Assembly (NCBI RefSeq): GCF_036321535.1
Contig: NC_087437.1
Location: 29,266,001 to 29,330,000 of the forward strand
Length of the DNA stretch: 64,000 nt
Origin: Camelus dromedarius
Taxonomy: Eukaryota
Direction: 5' to 3'
Of the stretch, positions 12,076 to 24,319 are shown piece by piece. The translations under genes and the position numbers were made by a program. The stretch's first letter is position 1, and the number at the start of each line of letters is the position of its first letter. The notes beneath the pieces are model-generated. The model saw only the letters and a program-made list of their open reading frames with translations, was not told the DNA's origin and searched no databases.

Positions 12076-12999
12076 TGACTGACTCTGCTGTAGTTAAAGA
12101 AGTTTTGAAGAAGTTATCATGGAAAACATTGATGGTCAAAAACTTATCATCACTGATTACTGAGTCGATATGAAAATCCTTGGCAAATTGCAAATGCAAG
12201 GTATTGAATATTATTATTATTACTGTGAATATTTTCCTTGGTGTTGATGAGAACTAGGGAGCAGGGGTGCACAGAGATCTTTCATGGGCTGATTTGTCCA
12301 GGACCTGCACCCCCCTCCCTTTTTTTTTTGCTAGGTTTGGATTCCAGAGCCTCATGTGACCTTTTGCATCCATGGTGCCAACACAGTATTTTGTAGGAAG
12401 TAGGGGTAAAATGTGCTTACTGAATGAATTTGTTATTGACCAAAAGAAGCCAAACAAGTGGAATATACAGATTTGGAACACTAGAGCCTACCCACCTACA
12501 CACACCCACACACATACACTCTCTCTCTCTGGACTTCGTGGAAATCTGAAAAGACATGCTTTCACTTTGAACCCAAGTTAATAAGATTTTTTTTTAGACA
12601 TCTTGCCATGAGAAATAAATAAAAACTGTATCAACAGACTTGTCTTATCAAAACTCATGGTTTCTGCAAACATTTTCACAGTTAATGAAAGCATTTGAGC
12701 AAATATCTTGACTTACACCATATGAAGTAGCTTGTTACATTTTTCAGTTATTAAAACATATAATTCTTGCAGTGTGCTGAGTATTTTTCTCCTATATTTT
12801 AATATTCGGTTTGCTTAAATCTATCAAGGTAACTCTAAATAGGCCTAATTCTTATAAACCATGAAGGCAAACATTGATTATCTTTCAAAAAAAATCTAGC
12901 ACAGTTCTAGGCATATAGTTGGAGTTCCATAAATATTTATTAAATAGTGTATTTAAAAATACACTATTACACGTACATACTCTGGATGCTATTTGAGAA

Positions 13000-13170
13000 C
13001 CAAAGAATTATAGAACATTAGGGTTGGGAGGGATTTCAGGTGTCATATGATCCAGGTCCCTCGGTTTATAGCTTAGAACAGTCAGTTTTCAAATTATACA
13101 GTGAAGGACTGACAAAACTTGTCCTCACACTCAATTCTCATGATCCTGATTCCAGTGTTACCTCCCTAAA
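13000..13170 (-). mobile_element. MIR fragment
   Basis: agaattatagaacattagggttgggagggatttcagg...ctcatgatcctgattccagtg. Confidence 0.5.
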
Positions 13171-13174
13171 ATGA

Positions 13175-13620
13175 TCTGAGTTTTCTGTGGAGAAACTGAC
13201 ATATCAGAAAAGGCGTGTAATCCAGTGTGACACTGCTGCACTGGAGGAATGCAGGACAGGTACTGAAGTGCGGAGTAAAGGATTCCTGACTTTTGGGAGT
13301 GCAGGAGTATAAGCAGTGTATTCTGTGTTCTTCACGGAAGAGCTGATGCTAACAGTGTCTTAATGATCAGGAGGAGTCTGATGGGTGAATATTGGGAAAA
13401 AAGGGTGAGAGGAAGGTGAGCTGGCAGGACATTCTGGGCAAAGGAATAGAAAGTGCTAAGGTTTGGAAGCATGAAAGAACAAAATGAAATGGAGAACAGC
13501 AGTTCAGAGACTATTTTATATGTGGAAGGAACTTTCTGGAAATTAAACTTCAAAGGATGGCATCACTGTGACTGACCATCATGGACTCCATATAACATTT
13601 TAAGGAGTTTGATCCTTGTT
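13175..13620 (-). mobile_element. L2 fragment
   Basis: Purine-rich L2 antisense-type sequence (ggcaaaggaatagaaagtgctaagg, taaggagtttgatcctt). Confidence 0.5.
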
Positions 13621-13640
13621 CTTTTAAAAGTGAACAAATA

Positions 13641-14020
13641 CTCTAAGTGATATAAGCCAGAAAGAGAGAAAAATACGATACGATATCATTTATATGTGGA
13701 ATCTAAAAAAAAAGACAAACTTATTTACAAAACAGAAACAGATTCACAGAAAGAAAACAAACTTATGGTTACCAGCGGGGGAAGGGGGTAGGAAGGGATA
13801 GATTAGGAGTTTGAGATTTGCAGATACTAATAACTATATATAAAATAGATAAACAAGTTTCTTCTGTATAGCACAGGGAACTATATTCAATATCGTGTAG
13901 TATCCTATAATGAAAAAGAATATGAAAAGGAATACATATATATATATGTATGACTGAAACATTATGCTGTACACCAGAAATTGTTGCAACATTGTAAACT
14001 GACTACTTCAATAAAAAAGA
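13641..14020 (+). mobile_element. Short young LINE-1 3' end (camelid-type)
   Basis: 3' UTR closely similar to 2685-3060 and 39435-39830. Imperfect TSD aagtgaacaaata (13628-13640) / aagagaataaaca (14022-14034). Confidence 0.92.
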
Positions 14021-15680
14021 TAAGAGAATAAACATAAGTACATAAAGTAAGAACACTAATAAGAACATAAACTATAGGGCTTAAAATTTAACCTAGCAGT
14101 GGTGAGGGTCAGGCCTTACTATGGTTCTTCTAGAGGTGCATTACCTGGAAGGTGATGAAGCTTAAGCCCCTTTCTGTTCCTGTTCTAAGTAACTACTTTT
14201 AAACAAACAAAAATGTGTACAACTTTTTAAAAAAACATACAAAATGACACAACTAAAATGAAGCCAGGAGTCTCAGCCACAAGCAAAGGGGAATGATTGC
14301 ACGAGTCAGGAAACAAAACATCTGCTTCAGCAGCAAGACGCTGTGACGGAGGAAGGGCGGGAAGGCATCCTGAGAGATGCCTTCAGCAAGAGGAGGATCT
14401 ACAGATCAGGAGGGTGGGAGGAGGGTGTGGCCAAGGTTCTACAGACAGCCTGCACTGGGAGCCCCTGAGGCTCTTTTGTGGACTTGTTAGAAACAGATGG
14501 ACATTCTTTCGGCCTTTTCCTGGCATTGCTGTTGCCAGCAAGGGGACAGAAGTGACCCGCCAGTCATCGCTCAGTTGTTGCCACCACAGGGCTCCAGCTA
14601 CTCCATGAACTGAAATCTTACATCGTTTTTGAGATGTTTCTCCAAAAGATAGGAAGGTAGGAGAAAATTTCATTTGGCTGGCATGTCAGGAAATAAGATT
14701 CAGTCAAAGACTTTTGAAAATTTTCAAGTCAAGATACAACAGAAGATTAAACTGTTCCAAATGCTATTTTAAGTAAGAGATAAACCTTTCTTTTAGCATT
14801 GGTAATTGGGTAATTTAAACTGCCTAAATTATGACCACCCCTTAAAAAAAGAGAGAGAAATGCTTTATACAGGTCTAGAAGACAATACTTTAAACTCATT
14901 AAAATTTGCTTACAAAACCTTCTTAGATTTTTCAAGCTTTAACAAAATTACAAGGCACTCCTAGAATAGGCCAGATGATTGAAAGGTTACTGAGACAGAC
15001 TATCTCATGACTTACAACATAGCACATATGATACGTATTATTTTTATTCTTTAAGAAAGTCAAGACGTATGAAATGATTGGCAGGAGTTCTTTATCAGAA
15101 CAGAATTGCTTAGAAGTAGAAATGAATGCTTTTCGTCACACACAAACTCTGGCTGTATAAAAGTATCCATGGAAACCCTTACCTGTTAGAAGTCCCAATA
15201 TGCATATATAAGGTTATTCCGTTTTACATTTCACATCAACAAAGACGTGAATAGAATGGAAAGCATTAAACTACTAGAAAACTCTGAGGCCTTACATAAT
15301 AGTTTCAGACAAAAAGCCCATTCTATTTTTATAGTATCTATTTGACACAAGACCAAATGACTTTTCAGAATATGTTCATTGATAGATGAAGTAAGCATTA
15401 TTAGACATCCTGTTATACTTATGGGAACAAATTTACGATTTTATTTTTTAGCTTAGGAACAAGAATTGATGCACATTCAATTTAAATAATATTTCACCAT
15501 TTTTCAGTCTAATAAAACATGTAGTTAAAAAAAAAAAAAAGAGGTTCTTTCTAAAGGCTCCTAAAGGATAGCCTGCGTTTGGGTAAAGTGAGGAATTGAA
15601 GGAAGGAGCTAGAGAGCTAATGCCTCCAGAAAAGCCAAGGCCGTGGTATTTATTCAAAGAATTTCTGTAATTGGCAATTT

Positions 15681-16144
15681 TGTGAAACGAAAAAACTGTG
15701 GAAATAAAGTTCACCCAAATGAGAACAAGCAAAGACTATTTATTCAGGGCTTGCTATGGCAAGGGAGTCAGCTACCATCATTTGTGTTTTAGTAGAGACT
15801 CAAAGGCAGGCAGAGTGGGAAAGCTTTATACCGGAAGAAAAGGAAGGCTTCAGATGTGCCCTGATTGGAGGCTGCTGGTGTGGGGGAGGCTGGAGGCAGG
15901 CAAATTAGAAGTAGGGCATCCTATGTGATTGGTTATGGGTGCCTATTTGGCTTTCTCCAGGTGGCCCTAAGTTCAAAGTGGGTACAAATATGGAGGTTAT
16001 CAGTTATCAATCAAGTCCTGATTATTTGGGACGAGTTGCTACAGAAATTGTGGTTTGGCTTCCTGGACTGGTTGCTGTAGATTGTGGGTCAGAGATGTTT
16101 TTATATTTGATCTGGCTGTTGTCTGTTTATATATTGAGTCTCTT
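15681..16144 (-). mobile_element. ERV1 solo LTR, MER89/MER90/MER110-like
   Basis: Minus strand reads agagactcaatatataaacagacaacagccagatc...ctctgacccacaatctacagcaaccagtccaggaagccaaacc; AATAAA on the minus strand near 15740. Confidence 0.7.
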
Positions 16145-18135
16145 GGAGTCAAAGGCTGGTTAGTGATATCACTAACTAGCTAAAAAAGCTGAGTCCTAAG
16201 GCAGCCATAGAAAGAAAAGTGAGCCGAGCATAGGAAAATGAGAACTAGGAAGAAAGAACGGCAGAAGAAGAGAAAATTAAAGAAATGGGAGCAAGTAAGT
16301 GTGAACTGCAGTTTGGGAATAAGGTAGAGGTGGGAAAAGAAAAAACCAAGAGCAAGCAGGTTAACACTTTTTTCTGTCTCTCTTCTGAAAGTGGGTATTC
16401 CCATATGCAATAATGGACTTAACACAGCAGGCTCGTGCAATTTTGAACAAATTAAGAAATATTCAATTAAGTGGAATATCAAATATGATAGCTGGTTTAA
16501 TGAGATATGAATGCCCTTTGCTATTTTAGTTGATATTTTTTAACGTTGTGAGCCAGTGTTTGTGCAGTAGGGCTATTCTTTCAAAACTAGATTAAACTAT
16601 CTTTTTTCAGGTCAGCCTTGGAGATCAAAATGTCTTTATTCAAGGGCATCTGGGCAAGGGAACAAGCACATCTATCATGGAGCATTCAATAGTCCTTTAC
16701 TGTCTTATGCATCAGATCTTCTGCCCAGACTTCCCACAGACTGCTCTGGTCCTGCCGATCTACATCATTCTCTGTTCCTGAGCCCATCTGGGCTGTGTTG
16801 GCAGCTGAGCATTTGCATAGTGTAAGCTCCCTCTGATGTATGTTTTTTTAAAAAACCCAGACATAAATAATATAAGTTTATTAATTTTACTTTTGCATGT
16901 GGAAAGTTGTCATGTTACCAGTGACTCTGGAGTGGTGGGAAATTGAACATGCATGCGAGGGGCCTCAAGTCAAAGGCCAGAAAATGGAATATGGTCCAGG
17001 GTGACTCCAGTCACCTCCAGTAGAAATAAAGGTGGCAGCACACTACACCTACTCAGTTCTATTCTCTACTCAGAGGAGCAGAAAATAATTATTTTCTTTT
17101 TTTTTTTTAATTTTGAAAGCATTCTTTAATTCTCTGCAGGATTTTTTAGGAAAACCAGGTTCTGCTTTATAAATGTTACATGAGTCATACGGGCATAAAA
17201 CAATGGAGGGGATTAGCAATGAGATATGCTATTTGCTTATTCATTCACAATTGATTTTTTCCCCCTTAATTTATTCAATATTGGTAATTAGTAATGTTTT
17301 TAACCCATAAAATATAGGCATGGAATTTCAGGTCAACCCATGGTTCAAGGGGTATTTGGTATGGGACCTTTCTATTTATGGGTATCAAAGACATTGAATA
17401 CACAGGCTGTCTTGCTGTGCATTTTCTACACGGATTTTCTACATGTGAGTGTGGACATACGTTTATTTGATCTAGTAGGTAGAGTTGGAATTGGCTTGGC
17501 TCACAGAGTACCTGAAGTAGTTGTTTTTGTATACATTCACCAGCCATCTGTCCTCCTCCCAAACCTTAACTTATGACCAGATTTCTGTTATGATTTCTTG
17601 ATTGTCGTATGCACTAAACCCCAGCCCAATTTCAGCTAGGGGTTCTGCTCTTTTTTTGTGTGTACTTTATTGTGAGAGGTGAAGGAAAACTCTGTTCTTC
17701 AAACCTCTAGTCACTGGATCGCATCATGTTCGGACAGAGCTCCCTGAAGCCGCAACTCAGGCCCTCTGTGAGATGGCGACTGCCCTACTTCTCCCAGCAA
17801 CTTGGATCCATGGCTGGTAAAGCCAGCCTCAGGTGAATGTGTAAGTGATTTTCAACCAGTTATGAACATGACTTCACAGCTTCCCTTACACATAAGGTGG
17901 AGGTAGATCTCCACTTTGGATTGTCTGTTCATCCTGTTCTCATTTATTCTTTGCTCATTACCATCTTCCCGTTAGCCTACTGTAGAGAATTATAGTATTT
18001 GTGTTTATGGGGATGACAGGGCTTTAAGTCAATACTGGATACATATTATGATACACCAATTATTTAGAGTCAACAGGATTTAACTTACTGCTTTAAATTT
18101 GTATTCCTTCCTAACGTTCTTTTCCTACTTCCCAG

Positions 18136-18150
18136 ACTCTACCCAAACAG
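18136..18150 (+). other. Candidate 15-nt microexon
   Basis: cctaac branch point (18110-18115), pyrimidine tract and cccag|ACTCTACCCAAACAG|gtacgt; TGCATG at 18169-18174; no AG between 18077 and 18133. Host gene unidentified. Confidence 0.5.
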
Positions 18151-18504
18151 GTACGTGCAGGCATTTAATGCATGCTGGGCTCCAGTTAGTCTATCAGAAG
18201 CCTCTTAATCCCAATGCAGATTAGTTTTCTTTTCTATGACTCTCATTGGTGTTCTTTTCCAGTATGGGAGGGTATAACATCCCTAGACCCATTTCTCTTT
18301 CTAATCAAAATAACTGATTTTTCCATTCTCTAATATCAAGTCTATTTTATCTTCTCTTATTTTTTCTTTTTACTTCTTTCCTTAGCTCTCCTCTGTTTTT
18401 CTATTTTCTATATGTGATGTGTGGCTCAACTTTCATCGTTTTTTTTATTATAGGGAATGAAAATCATACATTTCTGATTAGACCTTGAAATAGTCCACAA
18501 GGTT

Positions 18505-18620
18505 TATTCATTCAATAAATACTGAAGACCTAGTATGTGCCAGACACTATTGGACGGCTTGCGTGCATCAGTGTATGAAACAAAAATCCTTGTTTCCACG
18601 AAGCTGATGATCTTGGAGTC
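18505..18620 (-). mobile_element. L2 3' end
   Basis: ttattcattcaataatactgaagacctagtatgtgccagacact. Confidence 0.7.
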
Positions 18621-18932
18621 TCTGTGGTTTTTTAAACTATTTTTATTGTTGTTCTTATAATGGCAGAGAGGTTTTTTTCATATTATTATTTATTTAATTC
18701 ACAGATTCTGTGTATCCAGATGTTTTAGGTTGCAAAATGACACTGATACGATGGAAAAGAAGACACCAAATACTAAAGTTTCTTTGTAATTAATAACAAA
18801 CTGTAATATATATCTTACTATAAAAATTCTGGACTTTCTCAAAGATTTTATTGAATTCAGATGTCCTTATAATGTAATTAAATAACTGTTTAAACTTTTT
18901 CTCTTCTTCTCATAAATAAGTAGAACACATAG

Positions 18933-19308
18933 GAAACAATCCCATTTACCATTGCATCAAAAAAAAAAAATCCCTAGAAATAAACCTACCTAATGAGGCA
19001 AAAGACCCGTACTCTGAAAACTGTAAGACACTGATGAAAGAAACTGAACATGACACAAATACATGGAAAGATATACAGTGATCTTGGACTGGAAGAAGCA
19101 GTATTTTCAAAATGACCATACTACACAAAGCAACCTACAGATTCAATGCAATCCCTATCAAATTACCAATGGCATTTTTCACAGAACTAATTTTAAAATT
19201 TGTATGGAAACACAAAAAACCCTGAATAGCTAAAACAATTTTGAGAAAGAAGACGGAAGCTGGAGGAATTACGCTCCCTGATGTGTGTGTGTGTGTGTGT
19301 ATCTATCT

Positions 19309-19358
<50 letters not shown>

Positions 19359-19631
19359 GTCGATGAATAGAAAAGTAGATACGTGCACCCCAAAGTTCAC
19401 AGCAGCACTGTTTACAATAGCCAAGACATGGAAGCAACCTAAATGTCCATTGACAGTTGAATGGCTAAAGAAGATATGGTATATACATACATGTATATGT
19501 GTGTGTGTATATATATATGTATGTATGATGGTGTGTATGTATGTATGTATATATATATATATAACTGAGTCACTTTGCTATACAGCTGAAAATAACACAT
19601 AAATCAACTATACTTCAAGTATAAAAAAAAC
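18933..19631 (+). mobile_element. Internally deleted LINE-1 with TSD
   Basis: ORF2 piece (18933-19281), late ORF2 piece (~19370-19480) and terminal 3' UTR plus A-tail (~19560-19630). TSD tagaacacatag (18921-18932) / tagaacacagag (19632-19643). Confidence 0.85.
19282..19358 (+). repeat. Compound microsatellite (TG)n(TCTA)n
   Basis: Directly visible. Confidence 0.95.
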
Positions 19632-21302
19632 TAGAACACAGAGACACAAAAGTACATAACTCCCCAGTACCAATTTATCTTAGATTTTTTTCTCATTTGA
19701 AAATAATTAAGTGACCACTTGGATAAAGGTTATCTTATTTACAGAGGATTACTTCTTGCTGTGTTGAGTGTTTCTATTATTAGGGATTGCATTTTGCACA
19801 AAATTGTAGGGTAAGATACAAGAAATAGAGACTTAATTTTGTTGTATGTTTTTACTAGATGAAGCAATTAAAAAGAAGACACTCCAGCCATAGAAAAGTA
19901 AAATTAAGTATTAGCAAACTCAAGATCTTCTGTAAGACTTTTATCCAAGCATTACAGATGAAAATGTTTTGTTAAACATTTGGCTATTACCTGAACTTCA
20001 AATATTATCCATATAATTAATTGGTGTTATCTTAATTAATTAAGATGCATGAATGTTTAAGATTTTCTAGAATATTCTAGCATTCCAGACCATCAACATG
20101 AAAAGTTCTGCAAGATTAGAATTATTTTTCATTTCAGTGGAATTTCCTGGATTTTTACAAGCCATATGAAAAAGCTGAATACCACACTGCACAGCAAAAA
20201 TTAAAAGATGCTTAGTGAGCAATACAAATGTGACTGTATTCTTTTAAATTCAAATTTTCTATTTAGTAAAATAAAATTATATTTGGGAGTAAAAGTAGGT
20301 TCTCAGTATGTTTTAGCCAAAATGTCTCATGGTGATGATGAAGATGTCTTTTTGCATACATAGCATTTGCTTTAAACCAGAAGATTAACTCTAAGGACAA
20401 CAAAGTTAAACAAAGAATATTAAAAACAAAAAAATTTGAAAACTTCCAGCTTTCAACTTCTGCTTCAGAGCAGCAGTGGCCAAGTTTTAACACAGAGGTC
20501 AGCTGGGGTGTGATGGGAAAGAAAAATGGGATCTTGACATAACAAATTAGAATCCTCTATGAGAACAGGCAGTTTGTTTCTAGACTCTTCTCTCCAACTC
20601 TGATAAATAAAATGTCCTCAAATGACCTATGTGTTTGATCAAAAAGAAAGTAGATCAGTAGTTTACTAATGATGTTTTGGTTTTTATGATTCCTATAGTG
20701 AACCAAGGGGCTGAAAGGGGTTTACTGAATCAGGAGAGGATATATTTGGCTCAGATTGGCCTCTGGTTCACAAGAATGTTAGAAATTCAGTTTAATTTTA
20801 ATGTAGCCTTCGCGTTCTCACATGCTTACTACAGTCCAAGGAGGCGATTGGAGCATTCACAGCTTACCTGTTTGCTTTCAATTCCTAAAGAACTTTGGCT
20901 TCAGATTCACTGAGAAAGCCCAGGGAGCCTCTGGTACGAGGTGGTTCAGTCATAGCTCATCACCTGAAAGTGCTTTGTACACATTAAACCTGCACTATGA
21001 ACCTGAGTGCTCTTGCCATTCCTGTCTTTGCGGTATTCCCGCCGCCAAATTCCAGAGAATTACTTCTCATAATGAGATGAGAAATAACAGCAGAATGCTA
21101 GCTGTAGCGAATAGCTAAAGAAGCCTATCTGAAGAGACTCGTCATGGAGGGTGTGTCCAGGAAGTGGGGTTAGACTGAAACAGCTTAAGATAAGTTGAAC
21201 AGGATAGTGATGGTTAACAAGAGTTAAAATAAATGAAAATGAATGTGAAAGCAAAAGCTTGTGTTTCCAAAGTGCTTCAGGCTGGACTAGTAATCAATTG
21301 TT

Positions 21303-22280
21303 TTCTTAGTATGCTGAGAGAAATAAAAGACCTAAATTAATAGAGAGATATATAGTGTGTTCATATGCTATTAAACTTAGTATTGTTAAGATGTAAGTGC
21401 TCCACAAAATGGTTCAATGCAATTCTATTCAAAATCTTAGCAGGCTTTTTGTTGTTGTTGTAGAATTGACAAGATAATTCCAAAATTCCTATGGAAATTC
21501 AAAGGATTTAGAATAGCCAAGACGCTGTTGAAAAGAAAAAACTGCAGGACCCACACGAACTAATTTTAAGACTCATTAGGAAGCTACAGTATTTAAGACA
21601 ATGTTTATAGGTGTCAAGGTAGACAGACAGAAGGTATAGATCACCTATATAAATATGTATAAAAAATTGATTTGAAAGGTGCAAAGGCAATTCAACGGAG
21701 GAAGTATACTCTTCAAAAAATGGTGTTGGAATAATTTGATATGCATATCCAGAAAAAAAGTTTTGAAAAACACTTGTAACCTATATAAAAATTACCTGAA
21801 AATTTATCATACTCCTACATGTAAAACCTAAAGTTATAAAATTTATAGAAGAAAACCTAGTAAAAAATCCTCTATGAACTTGGGTTAGGCAAAGAGTCCT
21901 TTGATATGACATCAAAAGCACAGTTCATAAAAGAACTAATTGATAAACTGGACCTCATTAAAAACTTCTGCTTTTTAAGAGACACTATTAAAAGAATAAA
22001 AAGACAATCTATAGATTGGAAAAAAAATCTGTAAGTTATATATTTGATAAAGGACTTATATCCAGAATATATATATCAGAAACTCTTAAAACCCAACAAT
22101 AAAAAAAGTCCAGTAAATATTTAGGCAAACAATTTGAGTATATACTTCCAAAAGCAAGATCTGTGGACGGTAAATAAACACATGAAAGTAAGTCCAACAT
22201 CATTTTTCTTTTAAAATGAAAAATTAAAACCACAAAGAGATATCATTACATATCACAGCAATGCTTAAAATTAAAGACTA
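21303..22280 (+). mobile_element. Old LINE-1 (L1MC/ME-like) ORF2 remnant, left part
   Basis: Degenerate ORF2 motifs (ttcaatgcaattctattcaaaatc, gaacttgggttaggcaaagag, aaaggacttatatccagaatata). Confidence 0.8.
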
Positions 22281-22284
22281 AGAT

Positions 22285-23121
22285 AAACAAAGATGGCAGA
22301 GTAAGAGGATGTGGAGCCCACCTCTCCCCACAAACACATCAAAAATACATCTACATGTGGATCGATCTTCACTAAAAACGAACTGGAAACTGGTAGAAGG
22401 ACTCCCATACAATCAAGGCTGTAAGAAAGATCCACATGTAATTGGGTAGTTAGAGAGGAAAAAGGACTTGTACCCCCTGAAAAGCGACTAAGAGGAAATG
22501 GGAGAAAACATGGGCAGCGACCTGCCCTGGGGATTGAGCAGTGAGTCACAGAGTGGATGCCCCAGCCCTGGGGTCCTACATGAGGGAGACAAGCCCCTCT
22601 GGCTGGTTGGAGCACTGTTTGGACTAACAGGAGGGCTGAGAGAAGCCTGGACTCTGCTTGTGATCAAGGAGCAGAATAGAGAGCCCAGAAACAAACCCAC
22701 ACACTTATGGTCGATTAATCCACGACAAAGGAGGCAAGAATATACAATGGAGAAAAGACAGTCTATTCAACAAGTGGTGCTGGGAAAACTGGACATCCAC
22801 ATGTAAAACAATGAGATTAGAACATTCCCTTACATCATATACAAAAATAAACTCAAAATGATTTAAACACCTAAACATAACAGCAGAAACCATACAACTC
22901 CAAGAAGAGAACATAGGCAGAACACTCTTTGACATAAATTGCAGCAATATTTTCTTGGATCAGTCTCCTAAGGTAAAAGAAATAAAAGCAAAAATTAACG
23001 AATGGGACCTAATCAGACTTGAAAGCTTTTGTACAGCAAAGGGAACCGTCGACAAAATGAAAGACAACCTGCAGAATGGGAAAAAAATATCTGCAAATGA
23101 TGCAACCAACAAGGGGTTAAT

Positions 23122-23165
<44 letters not shown>

Positions 23166-24200
23166 TACATGTATATATACACACACACATGTACATATAC
23201 ACATATACACATACATACATAAACACAGCTCATACAACTCAATAAAAAAAAACAATAAAAAAATGGGCAGAAGATTTGAATGGACATTTTTCCAAAGAAG
23301 ACATACGGATGGCCAACAGGCACATGGAAGTATGCCCATCACTGCTAATTATTAGAGAAATACAAATCAAAACCACAATGAGATATCCTCACACCTGCCA
23401 GAACGGCTATCATCAAAAATTCTACAAATAACAAATGTTGGTGAGGATGTGAATAAAAGGAACCCCTGTGCACTGTTGGTGAAGATGCAAATTGGTGCAG
23501 CCACCATAGAAACCAGTATGGAGATGCCTTAAGAAAATAAAAATAGAACTACCATATGATCCAGCAATTCCACTCCTGGGTATATAATCCAAAAACAAAA
23601 AAACAGAAACAAAAAAACCCCCTGAAGACACTAATTCAAAAAGATACATGCATCCCAATGTTCAGAGCAGCACTATTTACAATAGCCAAGACGTGGAAGC
23701 AACCCAAGTGTCTATCAACAGATGACTGGATAAAGAAGCTGTGGTGTATTTACACAATGCAATGTTACTCAGCCATAAAAAAGACTGAAGTTCTGCTATT
23801 TGTAGTTACATGGATGGACCTAGAGACCATTATTCTTGCTGAAATAAGTCAGACTGAGAAAGACAAATACTGTATGATACCACTAATATATGGAATCTAA
23901 AAAAATAAAACAAGCAAATGTATGTAGCAAGACAGAAACAGACTCACAGGTATAGAGAACAAACTAGTGGTCACCAGTGGGGAGAGGAAAGAGGTGAGGG
24001 GCAAGACAGGGGTATGGGATTAAGAGATACAAACTGCTATGTATAAAATAGATAAGCAACAAGCATACCACACAGGGAATTATAGCCATTATCTTATAAT
24101 AACTTTTAACTTTTAATCTCTAAAAATACTGAATCATTTTGCTATACACCTGAAACTAATATAATATTGTAAATCAACTATGCTTCAATTAAAAAAACTT
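22285..24200 (+). mobile_element. Younger LINE-1 with 5' UTR fused directly to ORF2 3' end, nested in an older L1
   Basis: Starts aagatggcagagtaagaggatgtggagcccacctctcccc (L1 5' terminus-like). At ~22662 it jumps to gatcaaggagcagaatagagagcccagaa (late ORF2), then a complete 3' UTR to ~24197. Confidence 0.85.
23125..23222 (+). repeat. (TA)n/(CA)n microsatellite inside L1
   Basis: Directly visible. Confidence 0.9.
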
Positions 24201-24319
24201 TAATTACAAAGAAAAACAAATGTCATCTTTTTAGCTTCAGATTCCAGGAATTTATGCTAGGAAAACAGTGAAGAAATTAGGAATAAAAAATGTGAGATAC
24301 ACAAAATGATAGAAAAAAA

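Noticed and set aside
14130..15450. Possible hAT transposase fossil (start resembles a Tip100-type terminus)
   Set aside because: I could not recover transposase motifs or a matching second TIR.
22955..23342. YI/VC-rich ORFs (also at 19285-19602)
   Set aside because: They are translations of TA/CA/TCTA microsatellites within L1.
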